Source: Octopus vulgaris (taxonomy: Eukaryota). Taken from it: a stretch of 64,000 bases of DNA. Of the stretch, positions 28,241 through 41,354 are shown piece after piece. A model generated the notes under the pieces. It searched no databases. It was not told the DNA's origin and worked only from the letters and a program-made list of their open reading frames with translations. The DNA is taken from contig OX597825.1 of NCBI GenBank assembly GCA_951406725.2, forward strand, positions 18,104,001-18,168,000. The letters are read 5' to 3'. Each line of letters begins with the position of its first letter. Position 1 is the first letter of the stretch. Position numbers and translations under genes: made by a program.

Positions 28241-28475
28241 ATGCAATCATAAATAATCATAATCATCATATTCTCGTTGTCGTTGTCATCCTTGAAACCA
28301 TCATCATCATCATCATCAACATCATCATCATCATCTTCATCATCAGCATAATCATTGTTGTCATCATTATCACCCGAACCCCACCTACACCACCCACCCC
28401 CACCACAACCACCATCATTACAACCACCACTACCACCACCACCACCACCATATCCACCACCATCACCATCACCAC
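28003..28475. repeat. trinucleotide mosaic (CAT)n/(TAT)n/(AGT)n/(CAC)n
   Basis: Visible directly. Confidence 0.92.
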
Positions 28476-29575
28476 CTGTACCTTCTTCCTCCTCGTCTTA
28501 ATCGCTATAGTTTTCAATCACATTTCCAGCTCCAAGCACTGCAATCGAAGTCACATTAAGATGGATATGCATCAGACAGCTTTAATACTAATAGGATCTA
28601 ATGCGCAACACTTTAATTGTATGTGCATAATAACATGATCAAATACATATGCACAAATAGCATACAAGTAACTGACATTCTCTCTTAGGCATATTTAGTT
28701 ATAGCTAAAGAAATGAATAAATTATGTATGTACGTACGTATGTATATCATCATTCAGTTTTAATTCAATATTTCTTGCCAATAGAGAATGAACTGGTTTC
28801 TAACCGTGATTCAAAACACCTTCACTGGAAATTCAACAACAAGTTATTTTTGTTCGTTTGTATGTATGTATTTATATATGTATGTATTTATGTATGCGCA
28901 GATTTGTAGGTTTTATATATCGATTCTCATGCATGTAGTTGCATATCTAGACATGCTCATATACATTCAAATGATAAATTTCTGGAAAGTTTTACAGATT
29001 TCTACAATTCTAGTGATGAATTTGATCTGTAGTCTTCGAATTAGCTTCCTCCCTTCTGATTTGGAGAATCCTAATTTCTCAAGATTGATATTTTGGCACC
29101 TCGTCTGCGTATTGTCTGCTTGTCATGAATAGTTTCCTATTGCCTGGTTATGAAAATGGAGTCTAAATTACCGATGACTTGCTTAATGCAATACAAAAAG
29201 TTGATTGACGAAGTGGTAACGTCGTTTTTATTTCTACGACGCTGTATTACTTTTTAGACATTGCCAGACCAGACAACTATGCCATTCATCGCTTCAGGGT
29301 CGATGATAAACGCAACGATAATAATGTTTTAGGGTGCACCGAATATATTATTGCGTTACAAGTAGATCATTGCAAAACAAAAATGGTTTTTTATTACGAT
29401 TTAAACAGGACTAGAGAAAAGATTACCGATTCCTTCGTAGGCCGTACGTGTAACCACAGGGACTGATGCAAGAAAAGTCCCTTTTTTTAACAAATGCACG
29501 TCGACAACATCAGGAAAACATGTACAAATAGGAAATGCTCCAAGATTACTATTCTCAGCAATTACAAGTGACATT

Positions 29576-29586
29576 TCTTCTTCTTC

Positions 29587-29669
<83 letters not shown>

Positions 29670-29762
29670 TTTATTAAGGCGGTGAGTTGACCAAATCGTT
29701 AGCATGCCGACCAAAATGCTTAGCGGCGTTTCGTCTGTCTTTACGTTCTGAGTCCAATGTCC

Positions 29763-29809
<47 letters not shown>

Positions 29810-30045
29810 GTTGTTGTTATAAACATCATCGCCATCATCAGCTTCAAGAGTAACAGTAGTAGTATCACTGTTATTATTTTATTAATATTAACGACATAAC
29901 ATTCCACCTAAATCGTCGAAGTCTCCGTCTCCTACTCATCATCATCCTCACCATCACCAGCACCATCACCATCATCACCATCGCGATCATCATTGTCATC
30001 ATCATCATCATACTCATTATCATCATCCGTATCAAACATTGTCAG

Positions 30046-30107
<62 letters not shown>

Positions 30108-30154
30108 TAATAATGATAATAATATTAATAATAATAATAATAATGATGATGATG

Positions 30155-30208
<54 letters not shown>

Positions 30209-30367
30209 GTGATGATGATGATGATGATGATGATGATAATAATAATAATAATAATAATAGTGATGATGATGATGATGATGATAATAATAATAATAATAAT
30301 AATAGTGATGATGATGATGATGATGAAGATGATGATGAAGATGATGATAATGATGATGATGATGATG

Positions 30368-30417
<50 letters not shown>

Positions 30418-30433
30418 GATGATGATGATGATC

Positions 30434-30486
<53 letters not shown>

Positions 30487-30508
30487 GAGGATGATGATGA
30501 TGATGATC

Positions 30509-30577
<69 letters not shown>
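29576..30577. repeat. (CTT)n, (TTA)n, (CAT)n and (AAT)n/(GAT)n arrays
   Basis: Visible directly; interrupted by a SINE head at 29678-29755. Confidence 0.92.
29678..29755 (+). mobile_element. SINE family B tRNA head only, inside (TTA)n
   Basis: ggcggtgagttgaccaaatcgttagcatgcc...aaatgcttagcggcgtttcgtctgtctttacgttctgagt. Confidence 0.85.
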
Positions 30578-31361
30578 TGATGATACGCACTTTTTAAACG
30601 CAAAAAAAAAAAAAAGACGTTCAGCGGCTGGAACGAAGCTGCAATCAATCAATATACAGACTTACTTTCACAATAATATCTCGTATAAATGCTCACAAAT
30701 TTTGAGCACTTTATTTGATATGAGCAAAAACATTCAGAAATTCATTATAAAAATCAAGAACCGACACTTTTCGACCACAAAACGAGGACAGTTTAACACC
30801 ATTTATAATTTTACACGTTACGATTCAACTCTTTGTTCGCCACAGTGTTGTCATTGAATTAACAATTTTCGCGAAGCACGACACGTTCACAACCTTAAAA
30901 TCACACTTTCCCCATAAATATAGAAGAATGTGTTGTAGTCAATAATATTAAGAGGTCACGCGGGGTGATCGCTGTATAGAAGCACATACATATTCACTTA
31001 AAGAAAATATGTAATTAGATTTTAAGATTTGCATGATGAACTAGGCATTTCGCTTGGATAACATTAACGGTAATTGACTTCTTTCGAACATGTAATACTG
31101 AAGCCAGAAATCAATTTCTCTCTCCACGGTCATCCTCTCTCTGTCTCTTTCTTCAGTCTCTGTTTTCTCTCTCTCTATTTCTCTCTGTCTTTCATTGAAT
31201 ATATTTCTACACACAAATATTTCTACACATATATGTATGTATGTATGTTGTATGTATATATGTATTATATAATCGTAATAATGATAATAAAAATAAAATA
31301 ATTATAATCAATAGTATAAAATATATAACATCTAGATGCATATATATGTGTGTATATATAA

Positions 31362-31433
<72 letters not shown>

Positions 31434-31440
31434 AAATATA

Positions 31441-31587
31441 TATAAAATTATATGTTACATTACTCGATAGTCAAGATAAAACTCTGAGTTTCAGACGCCG
31501 AAGTGGGAATCCACGCCGCCATCTCTTCGGTTATCTGGTTATCAAGTTTTATCTTGACTATCGAGTAACGTAACATATTATTTTATA
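31441..31587. repeat. 43-bp inverted repeat enclosing a hammerhead-like motif (putative Penelope-like terminal repeat)
   Basis: Arms 31441-31483 and 31545-31587 match with 2 mismatches around a 61-nt spacer; flanked by (TA)n. Confidence 0.85.
31474..31536 (-). ncRNA. type-I hammerhead-like motif, variant core
   Basis: Minus strand: agataa-CCGAAGA-[stem II with gtgg/ccac apex]-GAAA-ctcagag-TT-ttatct. Stem I agataa/ttatct, stem III actc/gagt, GUU site. Confidence 0.55.
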
Positions 31588-31674
31588 GAGAAATTTCCTC
31601 TATTTACACAATATTGAGGTCTCTTTCTTTCTTTTGTTATCTTACCGTTTTACCAATATATAAATATATATATA

Positions 31675-31782
<108 letters not shown>

Positions 31783-31904
31783 AAAAAATGAAGTTCGAAA
31801 ATGCTGCTATATTATACAATTTTTAATTTTTATATATACATTATAACATGTTTCAGTTCCTGAAATGAACCTTATCAAAAAAAGTTATATATAAAAAAAG
31901 ACAG

Positions 31905-31962
<58 letters not shown>

Positions 31963-32041
31963 AAATATTGAGTTCCTAGGGCTATAAAACGGTGGTGTAC
32001 CCCCTACTGTCACGTTCTTGTTAGGTTGACAGTATACAACC

Positions 32042-32145
<104 letters not shown>

Positions 32146-32934
32146 TATGTATGTATGTATCTATATATTTCTGTATATAAATGTATTGAGAGTGTTGTGA
32201 GAGAGGGAGAGAAACATAGAATAGAGTGAGAAGTGAGAACAGAGAATAAAGTGACTAGTTGAGTTTATCCTTGCAATCTGAATCCAAGATCTCCCCATAC
32301 TATTTTAAAATCTAAAATTAGTAAATACGACACATAACTAAAATATTATCAGCTAATCGTAATTGAACAATATATTTTTTTTTTCTTTTGAATTCTATTT
32401 GAAAGAGAACGGTGAGTGTACGAAAAATCCGATTGTCTCAATAAAGCACTTGCAATGTAGTTTGCAGAACATAGATATAAAACATACAATTGTGGGATAA
32501 TTGTGACGTTATAATATTTCAAACAAATAAGATCCGAATAACAGCGTATTAAAAGGACACTTTTATTAAGACACAAATAAATTACGTGATGGAAATTAAA
32601 GCTTCTTTGCTACTGAAGTGAGATTCGAATTTCGTCTTGTTTTCTGAGAGATTTCAATTTAAAATTCGTAATCGAAATCTAAATAATTACATCAGCCAAA
32701 TAATTTAAGCAGGAATTTACTTAAAAGTTTGTGAAATAAAAAATATTTTCTTTCTGACTAGATTAACGTAATGTCCATGCGATATTGGTCTTTAATAAGT
32801 TATAAATCTGCAATATCGTATAATGTTATATTGGACACAGATGTAGCACTCTTAAAATTATTTTTAAATGTATCATTGCACTGTTTGTACAATACTAAAA
32901 TTTCGTCAACAAAATCATATTCCTAACTATATAT

Positions 32935-33157
32935 ACATAGCCTCGGACCGACCAGCCACTCCTGTGCCTGCGTATATATATTAAAGTGAGTGTCTTTGCG
33001 GCAGTGATTGTCAAGCTACCACCACCAGCACCCCTACCACCACCACCATCGCTTAATAGCCGATGCTGGTGTGTTTACGTCCTCGTAAACTAGTCCTGGG
33101 ATCGATTTCTTCGACTAAAAGGCGGTGCTCCAGCATGGCCGAAGTCAAGTGACAGAA
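32935..33157 (-). mobile_element. SINE family A fragments in mixed orientation
   Basis: atagcctcggaccgacc; cagccactcctgtgcc; ccatcgctt...gatgctggtgtgtttacgtc...cgactaaaaggcggtgctccagcatggcc (this last piece is on +). Confidence 0.65.
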
Positions 33158-33843
33158 ACTCCTGCAGAAGGTATTTTGAGTGACGTCTATTTCTGTCCCT
33201 TCACTCTTCCCTTGACTCTCTTTCTCTCCCTCTCTCTCTTGCCTCCCTCCTCGCTTTCCGTCTCTAATACACCCCTTCGTGTTGCTTCTATCTGTTTGCC
33301 TTCCACAACTCTTTCCCTGATTTCGTAGCATCAGGTGGCTCGTGATCATTCACATCCCTCTCATCCATTTCCTTTAACGTCTCACCTTTGACTTGACCAG
33401 TCACGCTTCTGTCTGCTCCTCCACTTATTTCTTTAACGCAGTTTGCTTTCCTCATAGTTCGTTCTGACCTCCCATCTGGCCCTTTCTATTTTCGCTGTAT
33501 ATGCTTTATTAATTTATCTTATTTTCTTTTCTTCGCATAGCCACATTTTGTCGTTTTTGTTTTAGTCTTCGTCTTTAAGTTCGTTACCTATTCCCAGTGG
33601 TTCCTCACCGCTGGCGCCACCAAAAGTGGACAATGTCATCATTAAAGGCGAAAAATTGCTATAATCTTTTTGACGATGACTAATGAGGAATTAGCTACGT
33701 CTCGTATGATAATTTCCCGTTTGTTATGTTACTGTAAAATTTTTGGAACAATATATACTTACACATATACATACATACATACATACACACATTCATACAT
33801 ATAGGTATACAAAAAAACACACACAAGAAACACACACACAAAG

Positions 33844-33897
<54 letters not shown>

Positions 33898-33899
33898 AG

Positions 33900-34265
33900 A
33901 AGTGGCTGTGTGGTAAGTAGCTTGCTTAGGAACCACATGGTTCCAGGTTCAGTCCCACTGAGTTGCACTTTGGGCAAGTGCTGACCAAACCCTTGTGGGT
34001 GGATTTGGTAGACGGAACCCGTCGTATATATGTATATATACATGCATGTGTATTTATTAATTTGTGTCTATTGTTTGTCTCCCTCCACAACATCACTTGA
34101 CAACCGATGCTAGCGTGTTTACGTCCCCGTAACCTAGTGGTTCGGCAAAAGATACCGATAAAAGAAGTACTAGGCGTAAAAGAAATTTGTACTGGGATCG
34201 ATTTGCTCGACTAAATGCGGTGCACCAGCATGGCCACAGTCACATGACTGAAACAAGTAAAACAG
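33900..34265 (+). mobile_element. SINE family A, near full-length with internal deletions
   Basis: agtggctgtgtggtaagtagcttgc...ggttcagtcccactg...catgactgaaacaagtaaaa. Confidence 0.92.
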
Positions 34266-34659
34266 TTAATATATATATATATCATCGTGAGTACATACTT
34301 GAGAATTGAGTTTGTATGAGGAGAAAACGAAACCTTCTAATACCACAAACGAAACGCATTAGGGAACACATGTATAATATTTAATTTTAATAAAACCAAA
34401 AATATTATAATTCCATCGCATTGTCGTAGGAAATCGTTAACCATCTGCAAAGTAGAGGGAATTTGAAATACAATTAATTCGTGCATTTAAATTATGATTA
34501 AGCAGTGAAAGGTATTAGAGCTAAACCAATTCGTATTTTGGAATTTTAATTATTTTAATTGTTTTCAGCTAGGAACTTCAGAAAACATCAGAAGGATTAT
34601 CAGGCAATATCGAATACATATATGGTTGCATCAGCAAAGCTATGAGCCTATCGTTAAAC

Positions 34660-34870
34660 ACGCACAGACTCACACATGCACACACACACACACATACACA
34701 CAGACACACACACACATACAGACACACACACGCACATACGCACACAGACACACACAAACACACACACAGACACAGATACACACAGATACAGACACACACA
34801 CAGACACACACATACACACACACAGACACACAGAAACACACACAGACACACACAGACACACACACACAGG
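34660..34870. repeat. (CA)n/(CAGACA)n array
   Basis: Visible directly. Confidence 0.92.
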
Positions 34871-35875
34871 TATATGAATATATGTGTGTGTATTTCAATT
34901 ATATATCTAAGGGTGCGTGGGTGTGTGGTACCCAAATACATCAAGGTTTGTCATACTAAATAACGTTCTATTCATTTACATATTTATTGCTTAGAGTATA
35001 AAACGAATGAATATTTTATTAAGATTAAAACTGGAGAGAAACTGATGTAATCAAATGTTACGTATTATATACTGAAACTCTCTGATACTTCGATGTATCT
35101 CACATTAATTAAACGTTGCATATATTTCTGATAATTTGATGTGATAATAACAATCTAGACAACATCGTGAAAATTTATAATTTAGAACAGAAATAATCTT
35201 GAAGATCTGTTCCGTGGCAAAGTTTCATATTTTCTGTCATCTGTCTTTCAATTTCTAATTTCTAATGTTTCTTTGGCAGACAGCGCTTTTAGGGGAATTA
35301 TGCTTTCATCAAACGGCCACTTCACACAGAAATTGCTTTTAAACTGACACTTGAATGTTATGGTATTGAAAGCTTGCAGTAGTTAATGAAATTAAACGCA
35401 TATTCGTAATCATAGGTACACACTCGCCAATCGATATTTATTACAATATACATATACTGTATGTATGTATGTATGTATGTATGTATGTATGTATGTATGT
35501 ATGTATGTATGAATTTATGCATGTATGTATACTCACACACATACACAAATACATTTATATTAATATACTTCTGCGTGGCCATGCTTCAGTACAATATCCT
35601 GAGATTTCACTCGGTCAAAGCGACCTCAAAATGTTTCTGTATGTCAAAATGTTATTGTACATATATCACAATCACTTTAAGCACAGCAAAAATTACGCTA
35701 CAACCTAAACATAAGTACATACGCATAGCGTATGAGCGACTTCCATCTACATTATTCTAACCAGAATTATTCTCTAAGCCGAAGCTATCTTAATTATCTT
35801 TGTGTAAGATGCTTTGCTGTGTCACCACTAGGTTTGAAAGCTTGCTTCTTACCCAAACGGCGCTGTCTGAGTATA

Positions 35876-36707
35876 CGTGGTTTGGTCAATAAGTATCCGC
35901 ACTGTCACCATAGTAACGAAGCTAAAGAATGCAGAATGAAGCTGCTAGGTAAGATTGACCTTTAACTCTGCCTTGCATGCGCACTAATTTTCAACGTTTC
36001 AGCTCACTTCCGCAGTTTACAGCTGTGCTTGGAAGGAAGGTGTGTATCGTGTGATCGCCACATTGATCATGACAGAGAGAGTTGAGCAGAAAATCTGCGT
36101 CAAGCTTTGCAAAGTGCTTGGTGATGTCTGCTCAGTCTTTCAAAAGTTTTCCATCGTTCTCGACACAACGAAGGCTCTCTTGGACAACTGAAACCCGAGT
36201 GCCTATTTGTCAGTTGGAAGTAGGTTTGGCAGAAACTTCGCAGGCACGCATCTCATACTCAAATCTTCAGTGATAATGGACTGAACTGAACCATAACTAA
36301 TATGCACAGCCTCTGATAACTTATGGATGATGATTCGATGATTTCCCCAAACAGCGACAGGAACATATGCGACGTTTTTCTCAGTTTTGCTGCTTGAGGT
36401 TCTCTCGGAAAGTTCGACAATATTGACATTTTATCGACCATATTGGAAACGTTTGACCCACTCTTAAACTTGTGTACTTATCATACACTCCTCTCCATAC
36501 ATTTTCTGCAACTTTCCGTGCACACCTATAAATGCTACACACCTTCATTCCAAGCACTGCTGTACACAGTGGAAGTAAGCTAAAACGTTAAAACTTAGTG
36601 CGCATGCACAACAGTGACCTAGGAAAATATGTGCCAAGCGACTTCACTCTGCGAGCTTTAGATTTGTTACTATTTCAACAGTCCGGATACTTATTGATCA
36701 GACCACG
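35876..36707 (+). mobile_element. internally deleted mariner element with both TIRs, TA TSD and an internal inversion
   Basis: Left TIR cgtggtttggtcaataagtatccgcactgt; right TIR (reverse complement) cgtggtctgatcaataagtatccggactgt; TA on both sides. + strand encodes MTERVEQKICVKLCKVLGDVCS (from about 36069), and the continuation lies on the - strand (about 36527-36136). Confidence 0.92.
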
Positions 36708-37058
36708 TATAGACATACTCACACACACACAGACACCCACACACATACACACATATGTGTATGTGAGTGTGTATGTGTGCATGTGTCAGTGCCTGCGCGT
36801 TTGTGTGCATGTGTATAAGTATAGATCTACTTATGTATAAATTTTATTCTACTTTCATCTGGTTACGGTAACCTCCGATTAAATCAGACCTTACATTGTG
36901 CCACTACCATAGTGCGCTGATGGAAGTGATCGAGGATAGCATTAGATACGGCTGTGATTTGTTTGACGTTATGGCACCTCTAATCTCAAAACCACCACCA
37001 CGAATATTATTATTATTGTTATTATTATTATAATTATTATTATTATTATTATTATTAT

Positions 37059-37503
37059 TGAGTGAGAGAGCAGTTCATGCCATCAAAGTGACACTGGGGT
37101 AAAATATACGAGGCCCAATATACCCGTCTGATAAAGGTACACCAGGCACATGCATCACAACCATATGTGTGCGACATGGTGATCTCATATCAAGATAAAC
37201 AGCACATGACCTTGCAGGTGGGCCCAGTTAGAATTTTCTTCAGGTTGAGTAGCCCATCCTGCTCAAAAGGTCCCTGAATAAGGGTTGCTTTAGGATGTTG
37301 AACGAAACACCTATGTTTCCAGAGGTGAAGCATTCAAACTCCAAAGAATCCCTCTCAACACATGGCCATGATGCTCCCCCACTACTTCTGCTCGTGATCA
37401 GAGATGCACATATCGTCAGCCACTAAGGGAAATGCTCAACTGGTTAAGGTCAAACAACTGACAAGCAAATCTGTGGTTTTGAGCAGAATATTTGCTGTAG
37501 CCC
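37059..37503 (-). mobile_element. unclassified interspersed repeat (family D) embedded in (TTA)n
   Basis: Bounded by (TTA)n on both sides; 37294-37341 recurs at 60545-60592; strand inferred from the (AAT)n tail. Confidence 0.6.
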
Positions 37504-37520
37504 ATTATTATTATTATTAT

Positions 37521-37677
37521 TCTATGTTTGACTTCTGCTTTACATTTGTACAAGTTGGCTCCAAGTCTCACCCAGAGCTCTCAATAGACAACAAGCTGGA
37601 ATTTCATGTTGGTATTGTGCACAGGGTGCCATATATTTGGTTTTGTACTTAGTGTTGTACTAGTGAATGTTTAAGAA
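37521..37677 (-). mobile_element. short insert in (TTA)n, probable 3' end of an R4/Dong-like non-LTR retrotransposon
   Basis: Minus strand ends ...gctctgggtgagacttggagc...caaacatagaataataataat, a terminal stem-loop followed by (AAT)n. Classification is from recall. Confidence 0.45.
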
Positions 37678-37700
37678 TTATTATTATTAGTAATGGTAGT

Positions 37701-37788
<88 letters not shown>

Positions 37789-38562
37789 ACACTAGTAGAA
37801 GCAGCAGTGGCAACAGTAGCAGAAATAATAGTAATTGTAAATATAGTAGTAGTTATGTTCGTATTTAATTCCTTTTACTAGCAGTGCCATTATCATCATC
37901 ATCATCGTCGTCATCGTGAACAAAATTATAATCAAGAACGTTTTTTACCGTCAGCTGCTCTGATAGCAAGAACAGCAAAAACAGAATCCGCGAAGGCAGC
38001 AGCTGTTACGGCGTCCTGCATTTTATTAAAGAACTTGTATACGAAGATTTTTTTTCATCAATTTTTAAATTAACCAATATTTCGCTGACTTTAAAAATTC
38101 TAAAGACGATATCTTCAAAACATACATCTAACACTTATATATGCAGACGCATACGAGGGTGTAATCAAACACACAGAGACAGACTCTCTCCCCCTCTCTC
38201 TCTCTCTCTCTGTGTTTTCAGTACAGGCATATAATACATACTCATTCACTGCCACATACACACATACACACACAAACACTATCACACAAACACACACACA
38301 CACACATATATTTTAGATGTCTGGCTAAGCGGATATATTTAAGCGTGTAGCATATAGAAAACGGAACATACAGATCGACACGTCTACTAACACAAATATT
38401 GTATTGCAGACATACGCACATATATGCGGAATTGATGTTAAGATTTGAACGGAAGATCCTTGGAACTAGGATATACATCGTCTCCTTTTAGATCAGCAAG
38501 AAATTTAAAAGTGAAACTAAATAGTAACAGGCAAATAGGCATATATAAAACTATATATGCAT

Positions 38563-38870
38563 ATCACCATGATCAGCGTGACCGACCAGGCTATCAAATG
38601 TTGCTACACATCTCTGGTCACAATGCGCTTCGCATTGTTTTAGCCTTCAAATGACGCCGCCCCCGCCGGCTAAGCGAGCAGGCCGACAGAGGAAAGAGTG
38701 AGAGAAAGTTGTGGCGAAAGAGTGCAGCAGGGATCGCCACCATCCCTTGCCGGAGTCTCGTGGAGCTTTAGGTGTTTTCGCTCAATAAAACTCGCAACGC
38801 TTGGTCAGGGAATCGAAACCACGATCCTACGACCGCGAGTCCGCTGTTCTTACCATTTGGCCATTGCGCC
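38563..38870 (-). mobile_element. SINE family C, full copy
   Basis: Reverse complement ggcgcaatggccaaatggtaag...ggtttcgattccc; collinear with 17855-18135 and fills that copy's two small deletions. Confidence 0.92.
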
Positions 38871-38960
38871 TTCACATATATGCATGTATACACATATATA
38901 CATATATTTGTGTGCGTGTGCGTGTATGTATGAATGTATATATGTATGTGCATATATACG

Positions 38961-39021
<61 letters not shown>

Positions 39022-39040
39022 GTACATACATGCGTACGTA

Positions 39041-39085
39041 CATAAGATGATGACGAAACTGGTCGAAACTTCGAAGTCACTGTGA
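39041..39085 (+). ncRNA. degenerate type-I hammerhead-like motif
   Basis: aTGATGA-cgaaactggtc-GAAAC-ttcgaa-GTC: palindromic stem III (acttcgaagt) and GUC site; C3 is altered and stems I and II are weak. Confidence 0.4.
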
Positions 39086-39218
39086 AGAAGAATCATGCTG
39101 AATAATTAATTTGGTATTCTACAAAAGCATAGATTAAATCCTAAAATCAATGTAGACTTCTTCTTATAATTTTCAGATAAATATTAACATACGTATATTT
39201 ATATACGTGTGTCTGCGT

Positions 39219-39269
<51 letters not shown>

Positions 39270-40742
39270 TTAGTGTTTGTGTCTGCTTGTGCGTTAGGGT
39301 GTGTGTGCATGTGTGTATCAGTGTGTATGTTCGCATGTACATGTGTAGTGCTGGTGGAGGTTGGGGGCGTGTCTGTAAGTAAATGATACTTGTTGTCATT
39401 ATGTCAACCATGAGAAGATTTGTGCTCAGAACACAGCTAAGAAGGCGATAATTCTGTTAGCAAGAACAGTTTCTTTTTTGTTTTTTTACATATTCACCGT
39501 TCTCAGTGCTTATTGTCTGATCAGATGCATGTATTTTGCTAGCATTTTTGTTGCTCTTGTTCTTATTGCTGTCGTTGTCGTCGTCGTCGTCACTACTTCT
39601 TTAAAAGTGTTGTTTATTATCATTGATTTTGTCATTATTGTTAATATTGCGTCTTAGCTGTGTCTTTAGTGTTTTGGTTGTCTTTATAAATGATTTTGTT
39701 ATTGCTGTTGTGGGTTGGTTTTATTTCTCTTCTTTCTTGAGTAAATGTTAGAGTGACACACCACTTAGCTGAAAAGTGACAGAAATGATAGACAGATCAC
39801 GTTATAGACTGCTAAGATGCTGCATACATTATACCTGCCAGTATTATTGTATTTTTTATCTTTTGTGTTGTTCATGACGCCCAATCCGCTCCTACAGTTT
39901 GTTCTGTTGCAGCCGCTGTTGCTGCTGCCGCTTTGCTGCTGTTGTTGTAGTTACCGCCAACTTTTATATTATTTTATTAGTGTTATTCTTTGTAGTGGGT
40001 TTTCCTATTTTCTTGTTTCTTTCTACTGATTTAAAACTTACTTAATCCTAATTTCAGTTCTTAAGAGATTTGTCGCGTTTCCATTAATTTGTCTAATGTG
40101 TCAATATACTTTGCACTCACTGCTATTTTTTTTTTGTTTGCTTTTCTCTTGTAATCTGTTTTGTTTTGATTTATCCATCCGTTAGATTGATGTCCAAATT
40201 GATTTTGTTTTTCATGTTGTTCTCAATGTTCTCAGCGGTTAAGCTATATTTTCCTGATTGGCGTAGAATTTCTCATTTTCAAAGAAGATATCAATCTGTT
40301 GGGAAATAACTTCCCCTAATAATGTAGAAGGATTATTGCGGGCTGGCCAACTCATTTAGATTTTAATCATAACCAAGGTTGATTTCATGAAGATTGCAAA
40401 GGTTTACAGAGAACATTGCTCTGAGTATGAGCACACAGTTTCAAATCGCTTTTACCATGTTCATATAGTAACCAAAGATTTTTTTCGGTTGTGTTTTAAT
40501 ATATTTACATTGTTACAAACATGGAGTTGGTGCTGTATCGCGACGATGTGTTAACGAGGTAATGCCACCTGCGCCTTATCTTGAACACGTCTTCTACCAA
40601 CACAAAAGCATAGTACCTCGTGGGCAAGATTCATTTTTATTTTACTATAGCATTTTGTCAACATATGAGACATGTGGGCGAGAATGTCTTCTGCTATGCC
40701 GATTCTTCTTGAGAAATATGTTAAGACTAAAGTTAATTCAGA

Positions 40743-41000
40743 ATATTCTGTTGTGTCTGGGGAGAGTCATTTTCTTTTTGTGCATTATAATATAACACAC
40801 TCACCTTTATAACACACTCACCTGTATAACACACTCACCTTTTCAATAGTTTTGACTCTCAAAATTATTGAAAAGGTTGAAAGACGCAACGAAAATTTTA
40901 GGAAAATAAAAATAAGAATAATGTGGAAATTTTACCGTTGAGTGTTTTATATTATAAGGCACAAGAAAAAAAACTACTCTCCCCAGACACAACAGAATAT
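40743..41000. mobile_element. foldback MITE with about 60-bp TIRs
   Basis: atattctgttgtgtctggggagagt... pairs with ...actctccccagacacaacagaatat; inner 17-bp unit (tataacacactcacct) x3; central hairpin 40838-40876. Confidence 0.85.
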
Positions 41001-41354
41001 GCTTCAACACACGAACTCATATAAAAAATCTTGCAAACCAAATTCAAAAACGAAATAATTCAGAATAATTACACAATAATTCAAAGAGTACGCTCATTAC
41101 TGGAGCTGAGAGACACATACATCCATGAAGGATGAAAAGTCCGTAATAGATCTGAAATCCCGACGTTCCTTGAATGACGTTCTTGGTAATATCTGTTCTG
41201 TCACGTATAAAACATAACCCGCTTATCCTTATAACCATCATAAATAAATTTAAGCAGTGATTAGTACGTTGTAATCTCGTAGCCATTGGCAATATTTTTT
41301 GTGGTAGCAATATGTTTTATATTTATTTATTTTTTTTTTGCATTTAAATATTTT

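Noticed and set aside
33300-33560. Pyrimidine-rich stretch as an RTE-LINE 3' remnant on the minus strand
   Set aside because: No convincing conserved motif can be read without a translated search.
40790-40840. CRISPR-like or prokaryotic repeat array
   Set aside because: The 17-bp units are directly tandem with no unique spacers, and the context is eukaryotic with no cas genes.
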